Translations under genes and position numbers: made by a program
Notes under the pieces: model-generated
What the model was told of the DNA's origin: nothing
The model's database searches: none
What the model saw: only the letters and a program-made list of their open reading frames with translations
Origin: an uncultured Candidatus Rokubacteria bacterium
GTDB lineage: Bacteria; Methylomirabilota; Methylomirabilia; Rokubacteriales; CSP1-6
Reading direction: 5' to 3'
DNA: 64,000 nucleotides
Assembly (NCBI GenBank): GCA_963771355.1
Contig: CAVYTA010000007.1
Span: 640,001-704,000, forward strand
Shown: piece after piece, positions 50,796 through 59,953 of the stretch
How the letters are laid out: the number at the start of each line of letters is the position of its first letter
Position numbering within the stretch: the stretch's first letter is position 1

Positions 50796-51781
50796 TGGAG
50801 CGGCGGTCATTCCTTGCTGGTGCTGCCGCGCTCCTCGCCGCGCCGCGCGCCGCCGAGGCGCAGCCGGCGGGGAAGGTGTGGCGGATCGGCTTCCTGGGCT
50901 CAGGAACTCCCACAGGCTGGGGAGGACCCGGCATCGAGGCCATCCGGCTCGGGCTTCGAGATCACGGCTACGTAGAAGGTCGGAACATCAGGATCGAGTA
51001 TCGCTGGGCGGAGGACCGATACGACCGCATACCAGAGCTTGCGGCGGAGCTTGTCCGCCTCAACCCCGACGTCATCATCACCTACGGCACACCGAGCACC
51101 CTTGCCCTCAAGCGCGCGACCTCGGCGATCCCCATCGTCATGGCCATCATCGGCAATCCGGTCGAGAACGGGGCTGTCGCCTCCCTCGCGCGCCCGGGTG
51201 GCAACATCACGGGCTCGTCGTTCTTCTCGGATGAAATCACCGCCAAGCGTTTGGATATCCTGAAGACCGCGCATCCGGCCCTGGTGCGCGCGGGCCTTCT
51301 GACAAGCTCCCGGAATATCGGGACGCCCGGTACCCAGCGAGCCGCGGGCTCCATGGCGCAATCGCTCAAGGTCGAGCTTCAGTTCCTTGACGTGCGCAGC
51401 TCCGACGAGCTGGACGTTTTTCTCACGGGTGTGGCCAAGGGGCAAAGTGATGGCGTGGTGATGAGTGATGAGCAGTTGTTTTCCACCGGTGATGCGCCGA
51501 GGCGAATTGCCGAGTTCACGCTCAAGAATCGGTTGCCGAGCATCGGTCCCGTGGACTACGCTCGCGCGGGCGGCCTGATCGGGTACGGGGTGGTCTGGCC
51601 CGACGTCATACGGGGGTCGATGGCCTTCGTGGACAAGATTCTCAAAGGCGCCAAACCGGCCGACCTGCCGATCCAGCAGGCCACCAAGTTTGAGTTGGTC
51701 CTCAACCTCAAGACCGCCAAGACGCTCGGCCTGACGATCCCGCCGTCGGTGCTGCTCCGGGCGGATCAGGTGATCGAGTGA
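50795..51781 (+). CDS. ABC transporter substrate-binding protein (PF04392-like), Tat-type leader
   Basis: MERRSFL leader; GYVEGRNI.IEYRWAE, SLARPGGNITG, ILKGAKPADLPIQQATKFELVLNLKTAK. Confidence 0.9.
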   Translation: MERRSFLAGAAALLAAPRAAEAQPAGKVWRIGFLGSGTPTGWGGPGIEAIRLGLRDHGYVEGRNIRIEYRWAEDRYDRIPELAAELVRLNPDVIITYGTPSTLALKRATSAIPIVMAIIGNPVENGAVASLARPGGNITGSSFFSDEITAKRLDILKTAHPALVRAGLLTSSRNIGTPGTQRAAGSMAQSLKVELQFLDVRSSDELDVFLTGVAKGQSDGVVMSDEQLFSTGDAPRRIAEFTLKNRLPSIGPVDYARAGGLIGYGVVWPDVIRGSMAFVDKILKGAKPADLPIQQATKFELVLNLKTAKTLGLTIPPSVLLRADQVIE

Positions 51782-51970
51782 CTGGGCCAAATCTGAGAGC
51801 GTTCGAGCGGTTGCTCGAGGCCGAGCCCCTAGGTTCACGGGCTCAAATGATATCCAGTCCCTACGCTCACACACGCACGGGCCCTTCGGCGTCGGCTTCA
51901 TCACGACGCAGATTCCTCGGTTCGAGCCCAATTCATATACGAGGTACGTGCCGGTGACGGAGCTGGTGGG

Positions 51971-52417
51971 ATGACACCGCTGCGGACAATTGCGCTTGCC
52001 ACTGCCGTCGCGCTGCCGCTGGGTGTGCTGATCTCCCAGGTTGTCCCACGCTGGGGAGTCGGAACGGGCCCAGAGGTGGAGTGCAACTCATTCGTCGTGG
52101 ATGACCTCATGCGCACCAGCGACCTCCTGCGCCACAGTGGCGACCGGATTCCGCCAAATCAGCTCCACGAAGAGCTTGTCAAGCGCGGGGTCACGTTGCC
52201 GTCGCCTCCTAGCCTCACATTCGCGCCGCGATACTACGGCCGGGGGGCGGAGGCCCTGCTGCGTGAATACGAGTCGGCGAAGAAGGCATACGAGGCCAAG
52301 TGGGAGGACATCAAGGGCTCTCCAGAGTACCAACGAGCCCGGGAAGCGATACTCAGCAGGAAGCGGGACGAGACATTGAGAGCCTGCCTCCGCATTTTCG
52401 GGGGGAAGAGGGTATAG
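51971..52417 (+). CDS. Hypothetical protein with N-terminal hydrophobic segment
   Basis: 148-aa ORF, GGAG upstream; no recognisable family. Confidence 0.55.
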   Translation: MTPLRTIALATAVALPLGVLISQVVPRWGVGTGPEVECNSFVVDDLMRTSDLLRHSGDRIPPNQLHEELVKRGVTLPSPPSLTFAPRYYGRGAEALLREYESAKKAYEAKWEDIKGSPEYQRAREAILSRKRDETLRACLRIFGGKRV

Positions 52418-52489
52418 AAACGGCCGGGTTCAGCACAAAATCAGCACAAGATGCTAAAATCAGCGCGGAACGCCCCGTAAGTCCTTGAC

Positions 52490-52562
52490 GAGCCGTTAGC
52501 TCAGTTGGCAGAGCACCTGACTTTTAATCAGGGGGTCGGTGGTTCGATCCCACCACGGCTCA
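52490..52562 (+). tRNA. tRNA-Lys (TTT); CCA not encoded
   Basis: Acceptor GAGCCGT/ACGGCTC, D arm GCTC/GAGC, anticodon arm CCTGA-CTTTTAA-TCAGG, T arm GGTGG-TTCGATC-CCACC. Confidence 0.96.
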
Positions 52563-52848
52563 CCTATCTTCTCGCCCAATTGCAACGCATACCTCGGCGT
52601 GGCGAGTGTTCATCACGGTGCTACTCCTGGCGGCGCGCGGGCTCCCGGCTCAGCCGGCGAGGAAGTAGGCGGCGACGGCCATGGTCGCGATCGCGATCGC
52701 GCGAATGATTGTCTGTGCGATGGGGATCATCAGTCGTCCTACTGATGACCATACTCACGCTTCGCGGAGAGCGCTAGAGTCATTCGAGAAAATCTCGCAG
52801 TGTCTCTGCAAAGACAGAATTGCTGAGTGGAAGGAGTCCGCGACGCCG

Positions 52849-53022
52849 CTACTTCTCCACGTCGGGCGGGTAGTCGAAGGCGTGGTTACACGCGGGGCAA
52901 CGCGCTTTATTGGGCATGGCTTCCGTTGCCGCCGTCGTACAAATGCGCGTCCGGCCCCCGCACACGCACTCCACGGTGGCGATGTTGGTCCGTTTGTCCA
53001 GGCTGATCAGTTTCACTTTCAT
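52849..53022 (-). CDS. Small zinc-ribbon protein (57 aa)
   Basis: MKVKLISLDK...ECVCG...CPACNH; RBS GAGGTG. Confidence 0.55.
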   Translation of the reverse strand: MKVKLISLDKRTNIATVECVCGGRTRICTTAATEAMPNKARCPACNHAFDYPPDVEK

Positions 53023-53029
53023 GCGCACC

Positions 53030-53239
53030 TCAGCCTGACTTCCGCCGGGCCCCGCCGGGGCTGTATGGCAATGGCTTGGCCCAACATTCTCGGTGCACCC
53101 GCTGGTCGCCGACGAATGGGCACGTGAAGGCATCCGCGATAAGGCGTTCACAGACCGGGCAGATCGGCTTCCCCTGGGCGTCGAGCCGGTTCTTCAAGGG
53201 CGGGCCTCCGAGTCCGAAAGAGTGTTCCGAAGTGAACAC
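53030..53239 (-). CDS. Small Cys/His zinc-finger-like protein
   Basis: CPVCER...C...HRECW pattern. Confidence 0.45.
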   Translation of the reverse strand: MFTSEHSFGLGGPPLKNRLDAQGKPICPVCERLIADAFTCPFVGDQRVHRECWAKPLPYSPGGARRKSG

Positions 53240-53464
53240 TTTGGGGATTCCGAAAGCAAGGGCGCCTTTGCGGCTGGGACTCAGGGGCTACAGGGAGGGG
53301 CAAGGCTGATCGCGGCTACCAGTGATAGAGGTCAGTTCGTGGGACTGAACACCAACGGGTGCGAGTGTCTGCAAATACAGCGTTACAGAAGAATCTGCGG
53401 GATCGAGGCCGCGGCGAGCGGACCCGAGCTGACCCGGCGGCTGGTCGAGCGACGGCCCGTCGGC

Positions 53465-54142
53465 TCAGGCCGGCACGGGCTCGATGAGCGCCGGGCCGTC
53501 GTTGGCGGGCGACGAGACGAGGGGCGAAACCGGGTAGGCCTCCAGTCGATCGGCAGGATACGGGCGCAAGAGAGGCAGGAGATCCCGCGGGTCGACCAGC
53601 TGGCGGTCCAGCCAGCGCGCCTCCACTTCGGGGTCGAGGATCACGGGCATGCGGTCGTGGATGCGCGCGGCCAGCTCGTTGGCCGTGGTGGTCACGATGG
53701 TGCAGGTGGCGGAAACCCCGGCGTCGGGATGCGGCGCGGTATAGAGGCCCGCGAACGCGAAGAGGCCGCCGCCGCGGAGGCGCAGATACCAGGGCCGCTT
53801 GCGCTTCTGACCGGGAACCGCCTGCCACTCGTAGAAGCCGTCCGCCGGCACGAGGCAGCGCGCATGCCTGAGTCCGTCGCTGAACATGGGGCTGGTGGCC
53901 ACCGTCTCGGCGCGGGCATTGATGGGCGCCAGCTTGCCGTCCCGCGCCCAGTGCGGCCGCAGCCCCCACCGCGCCCGCAGGAGCCGGCGCCGCCCTGCCG
54001 TCGCCACGATGACGGGCACGGTGTGGGAGGGTGAGACGTTGTAGCGGGAGATCAGCTCCTCGTTGTCGGCTTCCTCCACCTCGATGCCGAACCGCCGGGC
54101 CAGCTCCTCGAAGGCCGCCGTCTCCGTGTAGCGCCCGCACAT
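53465..54142 (-). CDS. SOS response-associated peptidase (SRAP/YedK, abasic-site protection)
   Basis: MCGRY N-terminus, RYNVSP, INARAET, DGFYEW, IHDRMPVIL. Confidence 0.95.
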   Translation of the reverse strand: MCGRYTETAAFEELARRFGIEVEEADNEELISRYNVSPSHTVPVIVATAGRRRLLRARWGLRPHWARDGKLAPINARAETVATSPMFSDGLRHARCLVPADGFYEWQAVPGQKRKRPWYLRLRGGGLFAFAGLYTAPHPDAGVSATCTIVTTTANELAARIHDRMPVILDPEVEARWLDRQLVDPRDLLPLLRPYPADRLEAYPVSPLVSSPANDGPALIEPVPA

Positions 54143-54146
54143 GGCG

Positions 54147-54903
54147 TCAGGACGGGTGGCAGCGAAGGAGGCGCGTCCGCTTGGCGAGGAGGCGGACGGT
54201 GACATAGAAGGTGAGGCCGACGGCGGCGATCACCGTCCACACCGGGTCGAGGTCGAACGCGCCCGTCTCGTGGAGGTCCTCGGCCACGTCGAGTGCGAAG
54301 GGGAGGACGAGGACGAGAGTGAGCCCGTGGTATTCGCGTCGCAGGGCCTCGCGCCAGCGCCAGGGTCGCGCGGCGGGGACGAAGTGGCCAAAGGCTGGCC
54401 AGAGGCGCGGCACGCGCTCGGCCCACTCACTTCCACGTGCGCCCGAAGCGCACACGGAGAAAGACCTCCTCGCGCCAGGCGATGAGCGCGTAGTACCCGA
54501 GGGTGAGCGCCGCGACGGCGGGCGGGAGAAGCCAGGTGTGCGGGAACAGCGCCAGCCCCATGACGATGATGGCGTTGGCGAGGTAGAGCGGGTGGCGGAC
54601 GAGAGAGTAGGGGCCCGTCGTGTTCAGGGTCTCCGCTTTCTGCTTTCGCGTATTGCGTCCGGACGTGCCCGGCGCGGCCACCCCCACCGTCCAGATCCGG
54701 AGCGCCATGCCGATCAGGGAGAGGCCCACGCAGCACGCCTCCCAGGCGAGGTCGGTGGTCTCGGTGCCGAAGGGATAGGTCGCGCGCAGGATGGCCAGGC
54801 CGACGAGGGGCAGGAGGACGAGCGGGAGGTAGCTTCGCCAGCGGAAGAGCGCGTCACCCGCGCTCAGCATCCACCGGGGCTCGCGCGCACGGACCTGAGC
54901 CAT
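54147..54903 (-). CDS. Membrane methyltransferase (ICMT/PEMT fold, LmtA-like); frameshift near 54430-54445
   Basis: LFRWRSYLP, GTSGRNTRKQKAETLNTTGPYSLVRHPLYLAN, EEVFL; second frame EWAERVP...LRREYHG. Confidence 0.8.
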
Positions 54904-54947
54904 ACCAGGTCAGCATCGCACGGGGAGTACCGCCCCTCAAGGGCGGC

Positions 54948-56912
54948 TCAGCGATTGCGAAGGAGCTCGGCGATGCGCTCTTGAAGGAGCTCGGCGGCCG
55001 ACTTGGCCGGCGTGTCCGCCGGCGCGGGCTCGGCGGGCGCGGCCTTGGTCCTCGGAGCCTCGGTCCTCGGAGGCTCGCTCCGCGGACGCTCGCTCCTCGG
55101 AGGCTCCACCCGCGCGGGCTCCACCCTCACCGCCGGGGCCGACGGCGCCGCGGCGGCCACCGCCACCGGGGGCCGCTCGGCCATCGTCGCGGCCACCGGC
55201 ATGGAGCCGAGCGCCAGGCGCAGCGGCTCGGCGGCCAGGGGCCGCGCGAAGAGATAGCCCTGGCCCCGGTCGCAGCCGAGCTCCTGGAGCTGGGCCAGCT
55301 GGTCGTCGGTCTCGATGCCCTCCGCGGTGACGGAGAGGTTGAGGCTCTTGGCCACGTCGACCACCGCGCGCACGATGGCGGTGTCCTTGGCGTTCAGGGC
55401 CACGCCCTGGACGAAGGAGCGGTCGATCTTGAGCGTGTCCACCGGGAAGCGCTTGAGGTAGCCCAGCGACGAGTAGCCGGTCCCGAAATCGTCGATGGCG
55501 AGCTGGACGCCGAGCGCCTTGAGGGCGTGCAGCGCCTCCAGCGTGGACGGCGCGTCCTGCATCACCACCGTCTCGGTGATCTCGAGCTTGAGACAGGCGG
55601 GATCCAGGTGGCTCGTCGCCAGGGCGTTCTTCACCGCCAGGACGAGCCCGGGGTCCTGGAGCTGGCGCGCGGAGAGGTTGACGCTCATGGTGAGCGGCGG
55701 CTGGTGCGGGAACTGGGCCGTCCACTCCTCGAGCTGGCGGCAGGCCTCGCTGAGCACCCAGGCGCCCACGGGGATGATGAGCCCCGTCTCTTCCATCAAT
55801 GAGATGAACTCGTCGGGCTGGAGCAGCCCGCGCTCACGGTGCTGCCAGCGCACGAGGGCTTCCACCTCGATCATGCGGCCGTCGCCCAGGTGCACGATCG
55901 GCTGGTAGTGGAGGACGAACTCGCCGCGGCTCAGCGCGCCGCGGAGATCCAGCTCGAGGTCGAACCGGTTGATGGCGGGAGCGCTGCTCGCGGCGTCGAA
56001 GACCTCGAAGCGGTTCTTCCCGTTGCCCTTGGCGCGGTACATGGCCAGGTCCGCGTCGCGCAGCAGCTCCTCCGGGGTGATGGGCCGCCGGGTGTTCAGG
56101 GCGATCCCCACGCTCATGGTCACGAACACCTCGCGTCCCTCGAGCCGGAACGGCTTCTCCAGGGACTCCGTCACGCGCTGGGCCACGCTGGTGGCTCCCT
56201 CGATGCCGTCGAGGTCTTCCAGGAGGATGGCGAACTCGTCGCCCCCGAGGCGGGCCACCGTGTCTTCGGGGCGGACGCAGCCGAGCAGCCGGCGGCTCGA
56301 CTCGACCAGCACCTGGTCGCCCATCCCGTGGCCGAGGCTGTCGTTGACCACCTTGAACCGGTCGAGGTCCAGGAACAGCACCGCCACGTGCTGTGCGCGT
56401 CGCTCGGTGCGGGTGAGGGCATGCGCCAGGCGATCCATGAACAGCGCGCGGTTGGGCAGGCCGGTGAGGGCATCCTGGAAGGCTTGGCGGGTGAGCTGGT
56501 CGAGCTGCTTGGGGAAGTTGTTGATCTCCTGCGATTGCTGCTCGATCGTGCTCATCATCTTCGTGAAGGAGGCCATGAGCGTCCCGATCTCGTCGGTCCG
56601 CTCCACCGCGGTGACGTCGCCGGGCTTGGCCTCGACCACCATGTTCGCCGCGCGAGTCAGCGCGCTGCCGATGTCATAGATGATGAAGCCGCCGCCCGCC
56701 ATGAGCAACGCCATGAAGATGAGCATCACGGACACCGCGAAGAGGTCCTGCGTATGCTGGACGCGGTCCAGCAGGGGCATGAAGTACGTGTAGAAGACGT
56801 AGGCCAGGATGAGGAGCGGGATGAGGGAGGACAGGACCAGCGCCAGCCCCATCTTGTGACGGACCTGCTTCCCGCTGAACGCGATTTCCCGCTGGATGCG
56901 ATTGCTGCCCAT
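54948..56912 (-). CDS. Membrane-anchored GGDEF-EAL protein (diguanylate cyclase/phosphodiesterase)
   Basis: Two TM helices, HAMP-like DEIG, DALTGLPNR, RPED I-site plus GGDEF, EALVRW, DDFGTGYSS, Pro-rich tail. Confidence 0.95.
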   Translation of the reverse strand: MGSNRIQREIAFSGKQVRHKMGLALVLSSLIPLLILAYVFYTYFMPLLDRVQHTQDLFAVSVMLIFMALLMAGGGFIIYDIGSALTRAANMVVEAKPGDVTAVERTDEIGTLMASFTKMMSTIEQQSQEINNFPKQLDQLTRQAFQDALTGLPNRALFMDRLAHALTRTERRAQHVAVLFLDLDRFKVVNDSLGHGMGDQVLVESSRRLLGCVRPEDTVARLGGDEFAILLEDLDGIEGATSVAQRVTESLEKPFRLEGREVFVTMSVGIALNTRRPITPEELLRDADLAMYRAKGNGKNRFEVFDAASSAPAINRFDLELDLRGALSRGEFVLHYQPIVHLGDGRMIEVEALVRWQHRERGLLQPDEFISLMEETGLIIPVGAWVLSEACRQLEEWTAQFPHQPPLTMSVNLSARQLQDPGLVLAVKNALATSHLDPACLKLEITETVVMQDAPSTLEALHALKALGVQLAIDDFGTGYSSLGYLKRFPVDTLKIDRSFVQGVALNAKDTAIVRAVVDVAKSLNLSVTAEGIETDDQLAQLQELGCDRGQGYLFARPLAAEPLRLALGSMPVAATMAERPPVAVAAAAPSAPAVRVEPARVEPPRSERPRSEPPRTEAPRTKAAPAEPAPADTPAKSAAELLQERIAELLRNR

Positions 56913-56944
56913 GGGCTCGGCAAAGACCTCCGGGAGATGTGTAG

Positions 56945-56960
56945 AGCAACCAGGGTGCCA
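56945..56960 (-). promoter_or_regulatory. Sigma54 (-24/-12) promoter of the GGDEF-EAL gene
   Basis: Minus strand TGGCAC-CCTGG-TTGCT matches the consensus spacing. Confidence 0.75.
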
Positions 56961-57162
56961 GATCCCCGGCGATGCCCGCGTTTACAGAAAAACTAATAGG
57001 TTAAGCGCCGGTCCGGCCCCCTCCACTCCCAGGGGGACCCCCTTCGGACACGTAAGAACGCTACAAATTTCGGCCCCCCGGGGCGCTCCGTGTCACGGAT
57101 CGCGTATACTCGCGGGCAAGCCACCATAGCCCCTGCATTCTTGCCCAAGAGAGGAGCCATCC

Positions 57163-58350
57163 ATGAGGGAAGCTGTCGTCGTCGCCAGCTCGCGCACCCC
57201 GCTCGCGAAGTCCTTCCGCGGATCGTTCAACCTGACCCGGCCGGACGACCTCGCCGCCCACTGTATCAAGGATGTGCTCGGCAAGGCCCCCCGTCTCGAT
57301 CCCAAGGAGGTCGAGGACGTGATTCTGGGCTGTGGCCAGCCACACGGCTCCCAGGGCCATAACATCGCCCGGGTGTCCGCCCTGCGGGCCGGCCTCGCCT
57401 CGTCGGTGGCGGGTACCACCGTGAATCGGTTCTGCTCCTCGGGGCTCCAGGCCATCGCCATGGCCGCCCATCACATCATGAACGACGGCGCGGAGGCGGC
57501 CATCGGGGGCGGGGTGGAGAGTATCACCATGCTCAAGCGCGACTCCGATCCCAACCCGTGGGTGAAGGAGCACTGGCCCGGCACCTACATGGTGATGGGC
57601 GAGACCGCGGAAGTGGTGGCCAAGCGCTACAAGGTCGGCCGCGAGGCGCAGGACCAGTACTCGCTGGAGAGCCAGAAGCGGACCGCGCGGGCCCAGCAGG
57701 AGGGCTTCTTCAAGGAAGAGCTGGCCCCGATGCAGGTGGTGCGCGGCGTGCTCGACAAGAAGACGGGCGAGATCGCGAGCAAGGAGGACTACTACGTCGA
57801 TAAGGACGAGTGCAACCGGGCCGACACCACGCTGGAAGGCCTGCTCGGGCTGCCGCCGGTCTTCGACAAGACCAGCGGGCAGGGGACGGTGACGGCGGGC
57901 AACTCCTCCCAGCTCTCCGACGGCGCCTCCGCCACGCTCCTGATGTCCCTGGACCGCGCGAAGGCCCTCGGCGTGACTCCCAAGCTCATCTTCCGCGGCT
58001 TCGCGGTGGCGGGCTGCGATCCGGACGAGATGGGAATCGGCCCCGTGTTCGCGGTGCCGAAGCTGCTCCAGCGGCACGGCCTCAAGGTCTCGGACGTCGA
58101 CGTGTGGGAGCTCAACGAGGCCTTCGCGGTCCAGGTGCTCTACTGCCGGGATCGGCTCGGCATCGACCCCGCCAAGCTCAACGTCAACGGGGGCTCGGTG
58201 TCCATCGGCCACCCCTTCGGCATGACGGGCTCGCGCATGGTGGGCACGCTCGCCAACGAGATGCTCCGCCGCAAGGCCAAGTATGGGGTGGTGACGATGT
58301 GCGTGGGCGGTGGGCAGGGGGCGGCGGGGCTGTTCGAGGCCTGCGTCTAG
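57163..58350 (+). CDS. Acetyl-CoA acyltransferase (thiolase)
   Basis: NRFCSSG, NEAFA, GHPFG, CVGGGQG. Confidence 0.96.
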   Translation: MREAVVVASSRTPLAKSFRGSFNLTRPDDLAAHCIKDVLGKAPRLDPKEVEDVILGCGQPHGSQGHNIARVSALRAGLASSVAGTTVNRFCSSGLQAIAMAAHHIMNDGAEAAIGGGVESITMLKRDSDPNPWVKEHWPGTYMVMGETAEVVAKRYKVGREAQDQYSLESQKRTARAQQEGFFKEELAPMQVVRGVLDKKTGEIASKEDYYVDKDECNRADTTLEGLLGLPPVFDKTSGQGTVTAGNSSQLSDGASATLLMSLDRAKALGVTPKLIFRGFAVAGCDPDEMGIGPVFAVPKLLQRHGLKVSDVDVWELNEAFAVQVLYCRDRLGIDPAKLNVNGGSVSIGHPFGMTGSRMVGTLANEMLRRKAKYGVVTMCVGGGQGAAGLFEACV

Positions 58351-58377
58351 ACTCTCCCGCGGCGCCAAGACTGCGAA

Positions 58378-58422
58378 CCGGGGTCCCGGGTTTCACGCCC
58401 GGGGCCCCGGGTTGTTTTTGTT
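58378..58422 (+). terminator. Rho-independent terminator after the thiolase gene
   Basis: 13-bp stem CCGGGGTCCCGGG / CCCGGGGCCCCGG, 7-nt loop, followed by GTTGTTTTTGTT. Confidence 0.8.
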
Positions 58423-58431
58423 GCGGGCGAC

Positions 58432-58767
58432 CTAGCGGAGCTGCCGGGCGAGGTAGGCGTCGAGCGAGGCGGGGTCGTTACCGCGCGTGCGCGACGTCAC
58501 CAGCCACGACTCCCCGTCGAAGTGGGCGTGGCACCAGACCTCGTTGAAAATCTGGATCCGGTCCATCGGCTTGAGCGGGTGCGTATAGAAGCGGATCGGC
58601 GAGTCCACCGGCACGTGTCCCCACGCATGCCGGACGAGCACGCGCTCGTAAGCGTGGACGCTCTCGGACGTGAGAGTGATTTCCTTCGTCCGTCCGAATC
58701 CATCGGTCAGCCGCTTGTTCCCTGACATGATCTTCCCCGGCGTATCGAGATTCAGGTTGAGTTTCAT
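58432..58767 (-). CDS. Hypothetical protein
   Basis: 111-aa ORF with AGAG upstream, converging on the terminator. Confidence 0.6.
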   Translation of the reverse strand: MKLNLNLDTPGKIMSGNKRLTDGFGRTKEITLTSESVHAYERVLVRHAWGHVPVDSPIRFYTHPLKPMDRIQIFNEVWCHAHFDGESWLVTSRTRGNDPASLDAYLARQLR

Positions 58768-58943
58768 CGCTAGATCTCCTTGCCGGGGACAGATAGCAAG
58801 CTCCGCGCCACCCCGCCAGCCAAACGAATTCGCTCAGTTGCGGGACACACGCGCGCTGCCCATCTACAATTCTCAAGGACGGCGGCGCTCCGGCCTCGAA
58901 GCTCGCAAGAGCAGGGGCCGCTCAACGGCGGGCGCCGTTGCGG

Positions 58944-58973
58944 TTGTCACGTTCCGCCAGCGTCTGCTACGAT
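58944..58973 (+). promoter_or_regulatory. Probable tRNA-Glu promoter
   Basis: TTGTCA-N18-TACGAT with extended -10 TG. Confidence 0.5.
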
Positions 58974-59006
58974 GCTCCCGTCCGCACGTCGGTACGCGCG
59001 CCCAGG

Positions 59007-59085
59007 GACCCCGTCGTCTAGCCTGGCCAAGGACGCGACCCTTTCAAGGTCGAGATCGCGGGTTCGAATCCCGCCGGGGTCACCA
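59007..59085 (+). tRNA. tRNA-Glu (TTC) with encoded CCA
   Basis: Acceptor GACCCCG/CGGGGTC, anticodon arm CGACC-CTTTCAA-GGTCG, T loop GGTTCGAATCC, ACCA end. Confidence 0.97.
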
Positions 59086-59737
59086 CCGCAGTTGGTACGA
59101 CCTTCCCGGGCAGGAGCGGCTCCCAAGAGCCCTGCCCGGTGAAGCGATAGCCACGGCGTCCATCCTTCTCGAAGGCCTCGCACGTTAGGCGTCCCACTAT
59201 CAATTTCCGTAGGATCTGGCGCGTTTGCGGCACATGCCGGCCGAGCAGACCCTTAACGTCAGAGGCGCGCGCAACGAGTTCTCGTTCTAGCTGTTTACCG
59301 TCGAGTAAGGCGACCTTCGCGGCCTGCTGAAGTGCCTCCAACTCGCCGATGAGGGTCTTCTTCCTTGTGTCTTCAGTCTTCAGCCTCGAGAAAAGAGATT
59401 CGTTGCGCTCACCCCTGGCGACGGCATCCACCAGGTTGCCAATGTGTGTTTCGAGAAGAGATAGCTCACGCTCGATGGCGGCTCGTCGATCCTGGAAGCG
59501 GTCCTGACCGCCTCTCAGCCGTTGCAGAGCTTTCTCGACCGCCCGAGCCAAGATCCGTTCGTCCAAGGCATCAGCGATCGCCTGGAGTACCACCTGATCA
59601 AGACCCTCCTGATGGATCAGGAGGGAGTTCTGGCAGATTGTCCGCCCACGCTTGTGGTAACGGTCGCAGCCATAGAGCGCCTTGCGCCCGCGCTTGAAGT
59701 CCCTGGTGATCCCGACCAAGGCTCCCAGCAAGTACAA
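59018..59737 (-). pseudogene. 5'-truncated large serine recombinase (zinc ribbon plus coiled-coil C-terminal half) reading into the antisense tRNA-Glu
   Basis: YGCDRYHKRGRTICQN zinc-ribbon half, long coiled coil, YRFTG; final AGFEPAISTLKGSRPWPG is the reverse complement of the tRNA; no catalytic domain. Confidence 0.8.
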
Positions 59738-59888
59738 GCGCTGACCCGCCGCGAAGCGCTACCGGCACTCGCCGGCCGGTGACACGGAACGTCGGGCCCT
59801 CGACGGCCGGCATCCAAGAATCGACACGTTCTCTGTCGATCGACTGAGCGCGCCGCGTTCTTTTCAGCCATTTAGACGCCGCCGCCGG

Positions 59889-59904
59889 TGGCACCAAGGT
59901 TGCT
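59889..59904 (+). promoter_or_regulatory. Sigma54 promoter of the truncated GGDEF-EAL-like paralog
   Basis: TGGCAC-CAAGG-TTGCT. Confidence 0.7.
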
Positions 59905-59953
59905 CCTCTGACGTGAGGGTTTCCGTGCCTGGACCACGGGCAGGAGAGAGGGG

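Noticed and set aside
55040..55125. Short tandem repeats (CCTCGGAGGCTC-like)
   Set aside because: They encode the EPPR/EAPR low-complexity tail of the EAL protein; not CRISPR or a mobile repeat.
56913..57162. Possible c-di-GMP riboswitch upstream of the GGDEF-EAL gene
   Set aside because: No GEMM-type stem and tetraloop-receptor pattern on the coding strand; the region is explained by a sigma54 promoter.
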